This document shows, in pieces, positions 1 through 9,545 of a DNA stretch of 57,488 nt. Positions within the stretch are counted from its first letter, which is position 1; each line of letters starts with the position of its first letter. The notes beneath the pieces are model-generated. The model was not told where the DNA came from. It worked only from the letters and a program-made list of their open reading frames with translations, and searched no databases. The position numbers and the translations under genes were made by a program. The DNA comes from Eubacteriales bacterium (GTDB taxonomy: Bacteria > Bacillota > Clostridia > Oscillospirales > CAG-272), in assembly GCA_045532975.1 (NCBI GenBank), contig JAZSGX010000005.1, positions 1 to 57,488 on the forward strand. The letters run 5' to 3'.

Positions 1-1164
1 AGCCTCAAGAATATCTATTTCTCTCAAGGTCACACCAAGCTCATGGCACAGCGCCGTCGCATTAGATTTTGTGCGTGCGGTTGTACCGAAGCAGGGCATT
101 GTAATTGCAATTATATTTTTTCTGTCCCAGCCAAGCAAATCCGCCGCTTTAGCCATCACTATCAAAGCAAGAGTGGAATCAAGTCCGCCCGAAATACCCA
201 CGACCATGGCTTTGGAATAGGTGCTTTCAAGTCTTCTTGCAAGAGCGTGGGCTTGAATATTTAAAATCAGCTCACATCTTTTATCCATTTGCTCTTTGTT
301 ATCTATCATAAACGGGAAGCGAGGATTTCTCGGCGCTTCTTCGTCCTTTTGAGGCTCTTGAGAATCAACCGAATATATATCAATTTCGCACACAGGGTCC
401 GACGCTTCACTGTCAAACACCTTTTTTTTCGCCAATACTATTCCGTTTTGACAAATCACGCTATGCGCTGTGAAAAGGCCGTCTGTTGTGCTCTCTCCTT
501 CGCTCGCGTTGCAGGAGGCAAACACACAGGTCTTTCGATAGCTTAGCTCCTTTGCCAAATTCACGCGATTCTTTTCCATTGTAACAGTAACAAGCTCGGC
601 TGTGGGGTTCAATATAGCATCCGCTCCCTTTTCCAAAAGAGCATCAACTCTGTCGCGAGCGTTTCCAATAACTACTCCGAAGGTGCCACCCTTTGCATTG
701 AACACCAAATCTGTGCCAAATTCAATCTGTGTAGAAAACGCCTCAATAGTACTGCTTTCCGTTTTGGTAACGCCAAATACTCTGTTTTCTCCGAATGGGG
801 ACTTTTGCGGGAGTGCCGATTTTGGCACAATGCCCATTATTTTACCGTCACTTATAACAGCCACCGAGTTGTAGAGAGTTCCTCTGTAATAAAACGGAAA
901 TCCCACCGTAGCCATAACCTGCATACCGCTGCTTGCCTTGGCAAGAAACGCAATTTCTCTTTGACAAATGGATACTATTGACGGATTTCCGAGCATATCG
1001 CGCAAGGAATATCCGCACAGACAAAGCTCAGGCAAAAGCAGCACACTTACCCCCTCTGCCTCGGCTTTTTCAATTTCGTTTGCTATAAGCTTACTGTTAA
1101 AAACAACATCTCCCAGTTTTATTTTTGGGGAGGCGCATTTAATTTTCAGTTCAAAAATGCCCAT
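1..1164 (-). CDS. nadE: Two-domain (glutamine-dependent type) NAD+ synthetase, 5' part; runs off the window edge
   Basis: Not in the ORF track. Segments translated by hand from ATG at 1164 (SD AAGGAG): MGIFELKIKCASPKIKLGDV...PELCLCGY...GIVPK (nitrilase-like domain), GESTTD, and the PP-loop VVGISGGLDSTLAL near 165-205. Divergent from pncB. Confidence 0.88.
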   Translation of the reverse strand, partial: MGIFELKIKCASPKIKLGDVVFNSKLIANEIEKAEAEGVSVLLLPELCLCGYSLRDMLGNPSIVSICQREIAFLAKASSGMQVMATVGFPFYYRGTLYNSVAVISDGKIMGIVPKSALPQKSPFGENRVFGVTKTESSTIEAFSTQIEFGTDLVFNAKGGTFGVVIGNARDRVDALLEKGADAILNPTAELVTVTMEKNRVNLAKELSYRKTCVFASCNASEGESTTDGLFTAHSVICQNGIVLAKKKVFDSEASDPVCEIDIYSVDSQEPQKDEEAPRNPRFPFMIDNKEQMDKRCELILNIQAHALARRLESTYSKAMVVGISGGLDSTLALIVMAKAADLLGWDRKNIIAITMPCFGTTARTKSNATALCHELGVTLREIDILEA

Positions 1165-1264
1165 TTTTATCTCCTTAAATTTTCAAAAAGACTTGAAATT
1201 GTTGCTCATTTATTATATTATATATTCACAAGCATAAAAATTCAAGGGAAAAGGAGAATTTTTT

Positions 1265-2713
1265 ATGAATATCAGCGACAGGCATTTAACAATGCTTTGC
1301 GATTTTTATGAGCTTACCATGGCTCGTGGCTATTTTCATTCCGACATTAAGAGCAAAATCGCATATTTTGACGTGTTTTTCAGAAAAGTTCCTGACGGGG
1401 GCGGATATGCCATTGCTGCCGGGCTTGAGCAAATTATTGAATATATCAAATCCATAAGGTTTGAAAAGGACGACATTGAATATCTTCGCTCCAAGAAAAT
1501 TTTCGACGAGGAATTTTTAGCCTATCTTGAAGGATTCCGCTTTACAGGTGATATTTGGGCTGTTCCCGAGGGTACGGTTATCTTTCCTAACGAGCCTATT
1601 ATGACTGTGCGCGCACCCGCTATGGAAGCGCAGTTCATAGAAACCTTTATTTTGCTCATCTTTAACCACCAATGCTTAGTGGCGACAAAGGCTTCAAGAA
1701 TAGTTCGCGCTTCACAGGGACGGGCAGTTTCGGAGTTTGGCTCACGCAGGGCTCACGGACCGGACGCTGCAATTTACGGTGCCCGTGCCGCATACATCGG
1801 TGGCTGTAACTCTACAGCCTGCGCTCTTTCCGATATTATGTTCGGTGTTCCCGCAGGTGGCACAATGGCGCACTCCTGGGTGCAGATGTTTGACACCGAA
1901 TACGAAGCGTTCAAGGCCTACTGTCAACTCTATCCAAACAATCCAACCCTTTTGGTTGATACCTATAATGTGCTTGAAAGCGGAATCCCAAACGCTGTCA
2001 AGGTATTCAAAGAGGTGTTGACCGAGGAGCAAAGGCAGAATTGCGCGGTAAGGCTCGACTCGGGTGACATTACCTACTTAACTAAGAAAATTAGAAAAAT
2101 TTTAGATAACGCAGGACTTACCAAGTGTAGAATTACCGTTTCCAACTCCCTTGACGAGTACATCATCCGCGACATTTTGATGCAGGGTGCCTGCGTTGAT
2201 GCCTTTGGAGTTGGCGAGCGCATGATAACCTCTAAGAGTGAACCCGTTTTCGGTTGCGTTTACAAGCTGAGCGCGGTGGAAAACGAGGACGGCAAAATCA
2301 TTCCTAAAATAAAAATCAGCGAAAACATTATAAAAATCACCAACCCGGACTTCAAGAAGCTTTACCGCTTCTATTCCAAGGATACAGGCAAGGCAGAGGC
2401 AGACCTTTTGACAATGCACGACGAGGTTATAGACCCGACCGAGCCATACGAGCTTTTTGACCCCGCCCACGTTTGGAAGAGAAAGGTTATGGAAAATTAC
2501 GAGCTTCGCGAAATGCTCGTACCTATTTTCAAAAACGGAGAGTGCGTTTATAAGTCCCCTTCCGTTACGGAAATCCGTGAAAACTGCAAGCGCGAGCTTG
2601 GTACAATGTGGGACGAGGTTTTAAGATTTGAAAACCCACACAACTATTATGTAGACCTTAGCCAAAAGCTTTGGGACGAAAAGCACAGCCTACTCAAAAA
2701 AAGACACAAATAG
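1265..2713 (+). CDS. pncB: Nicotinate phosphoribosyltransferase
   Basis: Motifs DFYELTM, EFGSRRAHG, GTMAHSW, LVDTY, RLDSGD; SD AAGGAG. Confidence 0.95.
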   Translation: MNISDRHLTMLCDFYELTMARGYFHSDIKSKIAYFDVFFRKVPDGGGYAIAAGLEQIIEYIKSIRFEKDDIEYLRSKKIFDEEFLAYLEGFRFTGDIWAVPEGTVIFPNEPIMTVRAPAMEAQFIETFILLIFNHQCLVATKASRIVRASQGRAVSEFGSRRAHGPDAAIYGARAAYIGGCNSTACALSDIMFGVPAGGTMAHSWVQMFDTEYEAFKAYCQLYPNNPTLLVDTYNVLESGIPNAVKVFKEVLTEEQRQNCAVRLDSGDITYLTKKIRKILDNAGLTKCRITVSNSLDEYIIRDILMQGACVDAFGVGERMITSKSEPVFGCVYKLSAVENEDGKIIPKIKISENIIKITNPDFKKLYRFYSKDTGKAEADLLTMHDEVIDPTEPYELFDPAHVWKRKVMENYELREMLVPIFKNGECVYKSPSVTEIRENCKRELGTMWDEVLRFENPHNYYVDLSQKLWDEKHSLLKKRHK

Positions 2714-2751
2714 TAATTTGCGCGCCCAAACGGGCATAGAAAGAAGATATT

Positions 2752-3549
2752 TTGAAAAATTTAAAGATTCTTGCGCTGGGTGACGTTGTCGGTCCCCGCA
2801 GCGTTGAATACCTAAAGAAAAGCTTATGGAAATACCGCAAAAATAACGGTATTGATTTTGTGGTAGCAAACGGAGAAAACGCAAGCGAGCCAAACGGTAT
2901 TGACAAGGAAACCGCAAGGGCTTTGTTTGATAGCGGCGTTGACGTTATTACCACAGGCAATCACATTTGGCGAAAATCGGGAGTTTTCGGTTTTCTTGAC
3001 GATTGCGACGAAATATTGCGCCCCTTAAACTTTCCAAGCACCAATCCCGGTCACGGCGAGGTTATTGCCACGGTTAACGGATATCGTGTGCTTGTGATGA
3101 ACGTTTTGGGTCAAGCGTATATGGACACTCCTTGCGACCCCTTTGAGGCAGTGGAAAAATGCCTTGATAGAAACAAAGGCGGATACGATTTTGCCATCCT
3201 TGACATACACGCGGAGGCAACGGGTGAAAAAAAAGCGATTGCTTATGATTTCTCCGACCGAGTGTCGATTGTTTTCGGTACGCACACTCACGTCCAAACA
3301 AACGATGCGCAAATATTAGAGGGAAAATGCGGTTATATAACCGACCTCGGTATGTGTGGAGATAGCGATAGCATTTTAGGTGTAAAGAAGGAAGCGGTCA
3401 TCCACAAATTAAAGACAAAAATGCTCTCTCGATTTGATTTTGCAACAGACGGCGAAATTGAATGTAACGGTGCAATTTTTGAAATCAGTACAAACAGCTG
3501 GCAGTGTGTAAGCTGTCAAGCAATAAAATTTACAGGAGATATATTATGA
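2752..3549 (+). CDS. ymdB: YmdB-family metallophosphoesterase (TIGR00282-like)
   Basis: GDVVG, NGEN, TTGNH, RPLN, DIHAEATGEK, GTHTHVQT, TDLGMCG; TTG start. Confidence 0.9.
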   Translation: MKNLKILALGDVVGPRSVEYLKKSLWKYRKNNGIDFVVANGENASEPNGIDKETARALFDSGVDVITTGNHIWRKSGVFGFLDDCDEILRPLNFPSTNPGHGEVIATVNGYRVLVMNVLGQAYMDTPCDPFEAVEKCLDRNKGGYDFAILDIHAEATGEKKAIAYDFSDRVSIVFGTHTHVQTNDAQILEGKCGYITDLGMCGDSDSILGVKKEAVIHKLKTKMLSRFDFATDGEIECNGAIFEISTNSWQCVSCQAIKFTGDIL

Positions 3550-4826
3550 AAACAAGCGAGCTTTTAAGCTACATCAAAGCAGGTAAATTAAACACAAAAT
3601 TGGCTGACATTTACGGTGAAGAAAACGTATCTACACAGGTTGAAAGATATACGGAAGCAGTTTCCGACTTTTTATCCCTCTACGGTGAGCGTGAGGTAAC
3701 ACTTTTCTCCGTTCCCGGTAGAAGTGAAATTTCCGGCAACCACACCGACCACAACCACGGCAAGGTGCTTGCAGGCTCTATCAATCTTGACATTATCGCT
3801 GTTGCTACAAAAACCAACGACGGTGTTATTACAATCAAAAGCAAGGGCTTCCCAGAGGACGTAATTGACACAAATTCATACACATCCCCCAATGAAAAGG
3901 ACTTTTTCACCTCAGGCGCGCTTATTGCAGGCATGGCAAAGGCGTTTGTAAATGCAGGCTATGAAAAGGGCGGCTACCTTGCGTACACAACATCAAACGT
4001 ATTCAAAGGCTCCGGCCTTTCCTCTTCCGCTGCCTTTGAGGTTATGGTTGGTAACATTCTCAACTATTTCTATAACGACGGCAAGGTGGAAAACACCGAA
4101 ATTGCCAAAATGGCTCAATATTCCGAAAACGTATTTTTCGGTAAGCCTTGCGGACTTATGGACCAGATGGCTTGTGCTGTTGGTGGATTTGTTTACATTG
4201 ATTTCAAGGACACGAAGAACCCCATTATTGAAAAAATCCCCTTTGACCTAAGCGCTCAGGGTTATGCACTTTGCATTGTAAATACAGGCGGCAACCACGC
4301 AGACTTGAACGAGGACTATGCATCCGTTCCTGCAGAAATGAAAAGTGTTGCTAAGCTTTTCGGTGCAGAATATTTAAGACAAATTTCAAAAAAGCGTGTG
4401 CTTGATAACGTTAGCGCAATCCGTGAAGCAGTTGGAGACAGAGCCATTTTGCGTTCAATCCACTTCTTTAACGAAAATGAGCGTGTTACGAAGCAGGCTC
4501 GCGCCCTAAAGAACGGTAACGTTTCAAATTTCTTTAGATACACAAAGGAGTCAGGTCGCTCCAGCTTTATGTACCTCCAAAACGTATTTACCACAAAGAA
4601 CGTACAGGAGCAGGGCCTTTCCTTGGCTCTTGCAATTACCGACTCTGTTATGAGTGGCAAGGGTGGCGCATTCCGTGTTCACGGTGGTGGCTTTGCAGGT
4701 ACAATCCAAGCGTTCGTACCGTTTGCTATGGTTGAAAAATACCGTGCAGCAATTGACAGCGCTTTCGGCAAGGGTGCTTGCCACGTTTTGAGAATCCGTC
4801 CATACGGCGCAATTAAGGTGCTTTAA
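3546..4826 (+). CDS. galK: Galactokinase (GHMP kinase)
   Basis: GRSEISGNHTDH, GSGLSSSA, CGLMDQ, GGGFAG; start moved to ATG 3546 behind SD GGAG. Confidence 0.85.
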   Translation: MKTSELLSYIKAGKLNTKLADIYGEENVSTQVERYTEAVSDFLSLYGEREVTLFSVPGRSEISGNHTDHNHGKVLAGSINLDIIAVATKTNDGVITIKSKGFPEDVIDTNSYTSPNEKDFFTSGALIAGMAKAFVNAGYEKGGYLAYTTSNVFKGSGLSSSAAFEVMVGNILNYFYNDGKVENTEIAKMAQYSENVFFGKPCGLMDQMACAVGGFVYIDFKDTKNPIIEKIPFDLSAQGYALCIVNTGGNHADLNEDYASVPAEMKSVAKLFGAEYLRQISKKRVLDNVSAIREAVGDRAILRSIHFFNENERVTKQARALKNGNVSNFFRYTKESGRSSFMYLQNVFTTKNVQEQGLSLALAITDSVMSGKGGAFRVHGGGFAGTIQAFVPFAMVEKYRAAIDSAFGKGACHVLRIRPYGAIKVL

Positions 4827-5650
4827 TGATAAGCGCTTACACGCTTTTTTCCGGCTCACGCGGAAACTCTCTGTATATAAAAAGTAGCAAGACAGAAATT
4901 CTTATCGATGCAGGAAAATCCTGCGGAGCAATAGAAAAATCATTGTCGTACTTGGGAACAAGCTTGAAAAATATATCGGCAATTTTCATAACTCACGAGC
5001 ACGCCGACCACACAGGCGGGCTAGAAATTATATCAAAAAAATACCAAATTCCCGTTTATATGACTGCGCCCTCCTATGACAACCATGTACGCATAGGCTC
5101 TTACTTAAAACGGTTTGCTAAGCGTATGGACGTAGAATTTTCCGTGACCGTTGGCGCTATTTCTGTTTCATCATTCCCAATTCCCCACGATAGCGCGCAA
5201 AACGTAGGCTACATAATATCGGACGGAGAGGACATTTTTGGCATTGCCACTGACATTGGACATTTAACAGAAGCTGTTGGAGAACATCTTTGCTCCTGCA
5301 AGCGAGTTATTGTCGAGTCCAATCACGATGTGAAAATGGTAAAGAACGGGCCTTATCCTCAGCACTTAAAAAATCGCATTTTGTCCCAAAACGGTCACCT
5401 GTCAAATGACAAATGTGCTGAGCTTTGTGCGTATCTTTGCGACCACGGGGTTGAGGAAATTACCCTTGCCCACCTGAGCCAAGAAAACAATTTACCGAAA
5501 TTAGCTTACGAAACAGTAAAAAATCAGCTTTGCGCCTGTGGATTTGAAAGCATCCCGTTGAAAATTGCCTTTGCGGACATTACCGTTTGCGCAACTGACG
5601 GTAATTCGTACCCATATCCAATCAACGAAATAGCAAGGAGCGAAAAATGA
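4826..5650 (+). CDS. MBL-fold metallo-hydrolase (YycJ/WalJ-like)
   Basis: SGSRGN, IDAG, THEHADH, PHD, ATDIG, ESNHD, GHLSN, AHLS. Confidence 0.88.
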   Translation: MISAYTLFSGSRGNSLYIKSSKTEILIDAGKSCGAIEKSLSYLGTSLKNISAIFITHEHADHTGGLEIISKKYQIPVYMTAPSYDNHVRIGSYLKRFAKRMDVEFSVTVGAISVSSFPIPHDSAQNVGYIISDGEDIFGIATDIGHLTEAVGEHLCSCKRVIVESNHDVKMVKNGPYPQHLKNRILSQNGHLSNDKCAELCAYLCDHGVEEITLAHLSQENNLPKLAYETVKNQLCACGFESIPLKIAFADITVCATDGNSYPYPINEIARSEK

Positions 5651-6375
5651 CAGATTTCCAAAAGAAGCTTTTATCCGTTGCCAATCAAAATAAGGCAACC
5701 AAGAATTTAATAAGTGAAGAAAACGCAGCCTTGCTTGAAAAGTTAACCTCACATATGCTGGAGGTTAACAAAAGCCTCAACCTGACCGCCATCAAGGACG
5801 AGAACGGTGTTATTTTAAAGCACCTTGTGGATTCAAGTGCATGCGTGCCTTACATTCCCGAAAGCGCCCGTCTTTGCGACATTGGCTGTGGCGGTGGCTT
5901 TCCCACCCTTGTTATCGGTGCTTTGAGGGAGGACGTGTCGATTTTAGGCGTTGACAGTGTAACAAAAAAGGTAAACTATGTGTCCGATACCGCTTCGCTT
6001 TTAGGGCTAAATAACGTTTGTGTATCCAACGCTCGCGCCGAGGAAATGGGACAAAATAATGCTTACCGCGAAAGCTTCGACGTGGTCACTGCCCGTGCGG
6101 TTGGACGTTTAAATCTGATTTGCGAGCTTGGCTTACCTCTCGTTAAGGTAGGCGGTTGCTTTTTGGCAATGAAGTCCCTTTCAACCAACGAGGAATTACA
6201 GGAAGCCAAAAAAGCCATTTCCCTTTTAGGCGGCAGCGTCGAAACAGTTAAGGAATACAGCTTGACCGATGGTCAAGAGGCTCTTGAGCGCACTATTGTA
6301 GTGATAAGAAAGGTAAAAAGCACACCACCCCAATACCCACGAAACAACTCACAAATTGCTAAAAAACCACTTTAA
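5647..6375 (+). CDS. rsmG: 16S rRNA (guanine-527-N7) methyltransferase
   Basis: NLTAI, KHLVDS, DIGCGGGFP, RAEE, TARAV, terminal YPR...KKPL. Confidence 0.93.
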   Translation: MTDFQKKLLSVANQNKATKNLISEENAALLEKLTSHMLEVNKSLNLTAIKDENGVILKHLVDSSACVPYIPESARLCDIGCGGGFPTLVIGALREDVSILGVDSVTKKVNYVSDTASLLGLNNVCVSNARAEEMGQNNAYRESFDVVTARAVGRLNLICELGLPLVKVGGCFLAMKSLSTNEELQEAKKAISLLGGSVETVKEYSLTDGQEALERTIVVIRKVKSTPPQYPRNNSQIAKKPL

Positions 6376-6518
6376 TTTGCAAATCGGGAGCACTCTCCCG
6401 ATTTTGCGTTATAGAAATTTGCCAAACTTAACAACTTATTCACAATTATATGGTAAAATAGTGTATATTTTATCGCTTTAAAGCGTTAAAGTCTTAACCA
6501 AACGAAAGGAGCCAAGCT

Positions 6519-7889
6519 ATGGCAACCGTAAAAAAAGAATTAACTAAATTGACTCCTCAGCTCATGTCATATGTAGAGAAATGCTCTATGAATACGACTA
6601 TCGACCCGGAATTATACACAAAATTCAACGTAAAAAGAGGCTTGCGCGACGTTGACGGTAAGGGTGTTGTGGCAGGTCTTACCGAAATTTCCGAAATCAA
6701 CGCGTTTTTAAACTGCGGTGAAAGTAAAATTCCTTGTGAGGGTGAGCTTTACTACCGCGGCGTAAACATACAAGAGCTTGTTGACGGATTTTTAGCTGAC
6801 GACCGCTTCGGCTTTGAGGAAACAATCTATCTTCTTCTGTTCGGCTCATTGCCAAACAAGGAGGAGCTTAGAGATTTTGATGCGCTTTTGAAAAAATACA
6901 GAAGCTTACCTAAAAATTTCGTTCGCGACGTGCTTATGAAGGCAAGCGGCAAGGATATGATGAATATTTTGGCGCGTAGTGTGTTGACTCTTTACGCTTA
7001 TGACGACAAAGCAGACGACACGTCTATCGCAAACGTGCTTCGTCAATCATTACAGCTTATTTCCGAGCTTCCATTACTTGCAGTTTACGCATACAAGAGT
7101 TATGAATATTACGGTAAGAAAAAGAGCTTAATTATTCACCATCCAAAGAGTGATTTGTCTATTGCGGAAAATATACTTTATATGCTCCGTGACGATGGAA
7201 AATATACACCACTCGAGGCAAAAATTCTTGATATTGCTCTTGTTTTACACGCAGAGCACGGTGGCGGCAACAACTCCACCTTTACAACACACGTTGTTAC
7301 GTCCTCGGGTACAGACACATACTCCGTAATTGCCGCATCCTTAGGCTCGCTCAAGGGTCCCCGTCACGGTGGTGCCAACGCAAAGGTTGTGGAAATGATT
7401 GACGATATTAAGAAAAACGTCAAGGATTACACAGACGAAGAGGAAATCAAAAATTATCTTGCAAAAATCCTTAATAAGGAAGCCTTTGACGGCAAGGGAC
7501 TTATATACGGTATGGGCCACGCTGTTTATTCACTTTCCGACCCCCGTGCTGTTGTTTTCCGTGGCTTTGTTGAAAAGCTATCTAAGGAAAAGGGTCGCAC
7601 AAAGGATTATCTCCTTTGCGCTAACATTGAAAAGTTAGCCCCTGAGCTGATTGCCAACCAAAGAAAGATTTACAAGGGAGTTAGCGCTAACGTTGACTTT
7701 TACAGTGGCTTTATTTACAATATGCTTGGCTTACCAAGAGAATTGTTCACACCTATTTTTGCAATTTCCCGTATTGCAGGCTGGAGCGCCCACCGTATGG
7801 AAGAGCTTTTGCTCAATGGAAAGATCATCCGTCCAGCATACCAAAACATCTCCCCAAGAGCAAAATACGTACCTCTTGAGGAGAGATAA
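6519..7889 (+). CDS. gltA: Citrate synthase
   Basis: LYYRG, HAEHGGGNNST, GPRHGGAN, GMGHAVY..SDPR, NVDFY, IRP. Confidence 0.93.
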   Translation: MATVKKELTKLTPQLMSYVEKCSMNTTIDPELYTKFNVKRGLRDVDGKGVVAGLTEISEINAFLNCGESKIPCEGELYYRGVNIQELVDGFLADDRFGFEETIYLLLFGSLPNKEELRDFDALLKKYRSLPKNFVRDVLMKASGKDMMNILARSVLTLYAYDDKADDTSIANVLRQSLQLISELPLLAVYAYKSYEYYGKKKSLIIHHPKSDLSIAENILYMLRDDGKYTPLEAKILDIALVLHAEHGGGNNSTFTTHVVTSSGTDTYSVIAASLGSLKGPRHGGANAKVVEMIDDIKKNVKDYTDEEEIKNYLAKILNKEAFDGKGLIYGMGHAVYSLSDPRAVVFRGFVEKLSKEKGRTKDYLLCANIEKLAPELIANQRKIYKGVSANVDFYSGFIYNMLGLPRELFTPIFAISRIAGWSAHRMEELLLNGKIIRPAYQNISPRAKYVPLEER

Positions 7890-7899
7890 CAAGATAATT

Positions 7900-7931
7900 T
7901 TTCCGCCACTGCTTTGCCGTGGCGGATTTTA
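7900..7931 (+). terminator. Probable intrinsic terminator after citrate synthase
   Basis: TCCGCCAC...GTGGCGGA hairpin followed by TTTT. Confidence 0.7.
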
Positions 7932-8017
7932 TTATATAAATTTTATAAAAACGCTTGATTATTTGTACAAATTGTGCTAAAATTTATCTGTAGAGAAATC
8001 TCTTTTAGGAGGAATTT

Positions 8018-9325
8018 ATGAAATTACGCAAAATTTTACTTGTATTTTCTCTCGTTGCTCTTATGTCCTTGCTTTTCGTATTTACAGTTAACGCTGAGCT
8101 TGAGCCAACAAGAGTAAATATGGCATTTTTCGAGTCCATTGAGGTAACTGAGGATAACGAAAGAAAGGATATAATTCACAAGTTGTTCGATGGTAGTATT
8201 GACTGCTCCGGTATTAGCGAGGATGGTATTAAAGACATTGAAAAGCAAAGCGCTTGGATGGGCGGAATCGGTGACTATATTTTGTTCACCTTCCCTGAAG
8301 AGGTTATTGTAACCAACATGGTGTTCTACCTAACAGGAAACTGGACTTGGGCAAACGTTGAGTTTTTTGATGCAAAGGGTGAAAGCGTTCATCTTGTACA
8401 GGGTGACTCATACGACCACAGAATAGTTGCTAACTCTAGTCCATACGGCGAAGACGGTGGTGGAGACCCCCATGTAGTATTCCAAAAGGGTGACCTTGAT
8501 AGGACAAACGCTCCTATGGAAACCTTGAAGGTTAAGCAAATTAAAATCACAGTTGACTCCTTGAAGTGGAGCCGTCACTCTACATACACAATTTCAGAGA
8601 TTGACATTACAGTTTTGCACGAGCATGCGTTTACAACCGAGGGTGATTACATCAAATATCCTACCTGTGCATATGACGGCTTGGTAGAGAGCATTTGTAT
8701 GTGTGGCAAAACGGGTGAAAAGCCTGTTAGCGCCAGTGGTTTGCACCGTAGCTTCGAGCGTATCGTGTTCAGAAACGGTTTTACAGAGCCAGGCTACAAA
8801 ACAATGGTTTGCCTGACCTGCGATACTCAAGACCAGCTTGACTATGAGGGCAGAATTGATATTGGACCGTTGTTCTCTACACTTGGATACTCTGTGCGCG
8901 AGGACGGTAAGAGCGGTATCCAATTAGGCATTGCTCCCAACTTTGACAATATAGATTTTTACAACTCTATTTCTCCTGTTCCGCTTCAATACGGTACGAT
9001 CTCCGGTTCTATAAATGTTTTGGAGGAAGGTGTAACAAACCCATTGGAGATTGACGAAGATAGCAATGTTGCTATCGTTTCCGACAAGCTAATCATCAAA
9101 GATTATACAAACCTTAATTATAGTATCATTTCCTGCAAAATCGCAGGCTTTAGCAGTGCTTTCCACAATACAGAGCTTTTCTTGTCCGCTTACGTTTACG
9201 ATGGCTTTAGCATTTACTATCTTGGAAGCGAAACAAGCAAGGACGCCTTAACTGTTTCTTATAACGGCTTGCTCGGTATAGAGCCTCCGCCCGCCGACGT
9301 TGAAGCTGACATACCGAAGGAATAA
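8018..9325 (+). CDS. Secreted hypothetical protein: discoidin/galactose-binding-like N domain, Cys-pair repeat, conserved C-terminal domain
   Basis: Signal peptide MKLRK...TVNA; LFDG...F.FPEE pattern; PTC..DG....C.CG; GYSVREDG block shared with the next gene; SD AGGAGG. Confidence 0.8.
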   Translation: MKLRKILLVFSLVALMSLLFVFTVNAELEPTRVNMAFFESIEVTEDNERKDIIHKLFDGSIDCSGISEDGIKDIEKQSAWMGGIGDYILFTFPEEVIVTNMVFYLTGNWTWANVEFFDAKGESVHLVQGDSYDHRIVANSSPYGEDGGGDPHVVFQKGDLDRTNAPMETLKVKQIKITVDSLKWSRHSTYTISEIDITVLHEHAFTTEGDYIKYPTCAYDGLVESICMCGKTGEKPVSASGLHRSFERIVFRNGFTEPGYKTMVCLTCDTQDQLDYEGRIDIGPLFSTLGYSVREDGKSGIQLGIAPNFDNIDFYNSISPVPLQYGTISGSINVLEEGVTNPLEIDEDSNVAIVSDKLIIKDYTNLNYSIISCKIAGFSSAFHNTELFLSAYVYDGFSIYYLGSETSKDALTVSYNGLLGIEPPPADVEADIPKE

Positions 9326-9336
9326 CAAACATATCA

Positions 9337-9365
9337 AAGGGACCGAAAATCGGTTCCTTTGTTTT
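9337..9365 (+). terminator. Intrinsic terminator
   Basis: AAAGGGACCGA-AAA-TCGGTTCCTTT then GTTTT. Confidence 0.7.
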
Positions 9366-9545
9366 ATATGTACTTTTTGCGCAAAAAACATGCCTGTCAG
9401 CACCCATTTTCAAAGGCTTTTTTGTACAAAACAACAAAGTTACTTTTTTGGCTAAATTTCAAAAGCTAAATCCCTTGCTATTTTTTATATTATATGGTAG
9501 AATTTATTTGTAAAAATTTGCTTACTTTTCAAAGGAGAAAAAACA

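Noticed and set aside
43-1237. Four short plus-strand ORFs
   Set aside because: Antisense to nadE, which the track missed because it runs off the edge.
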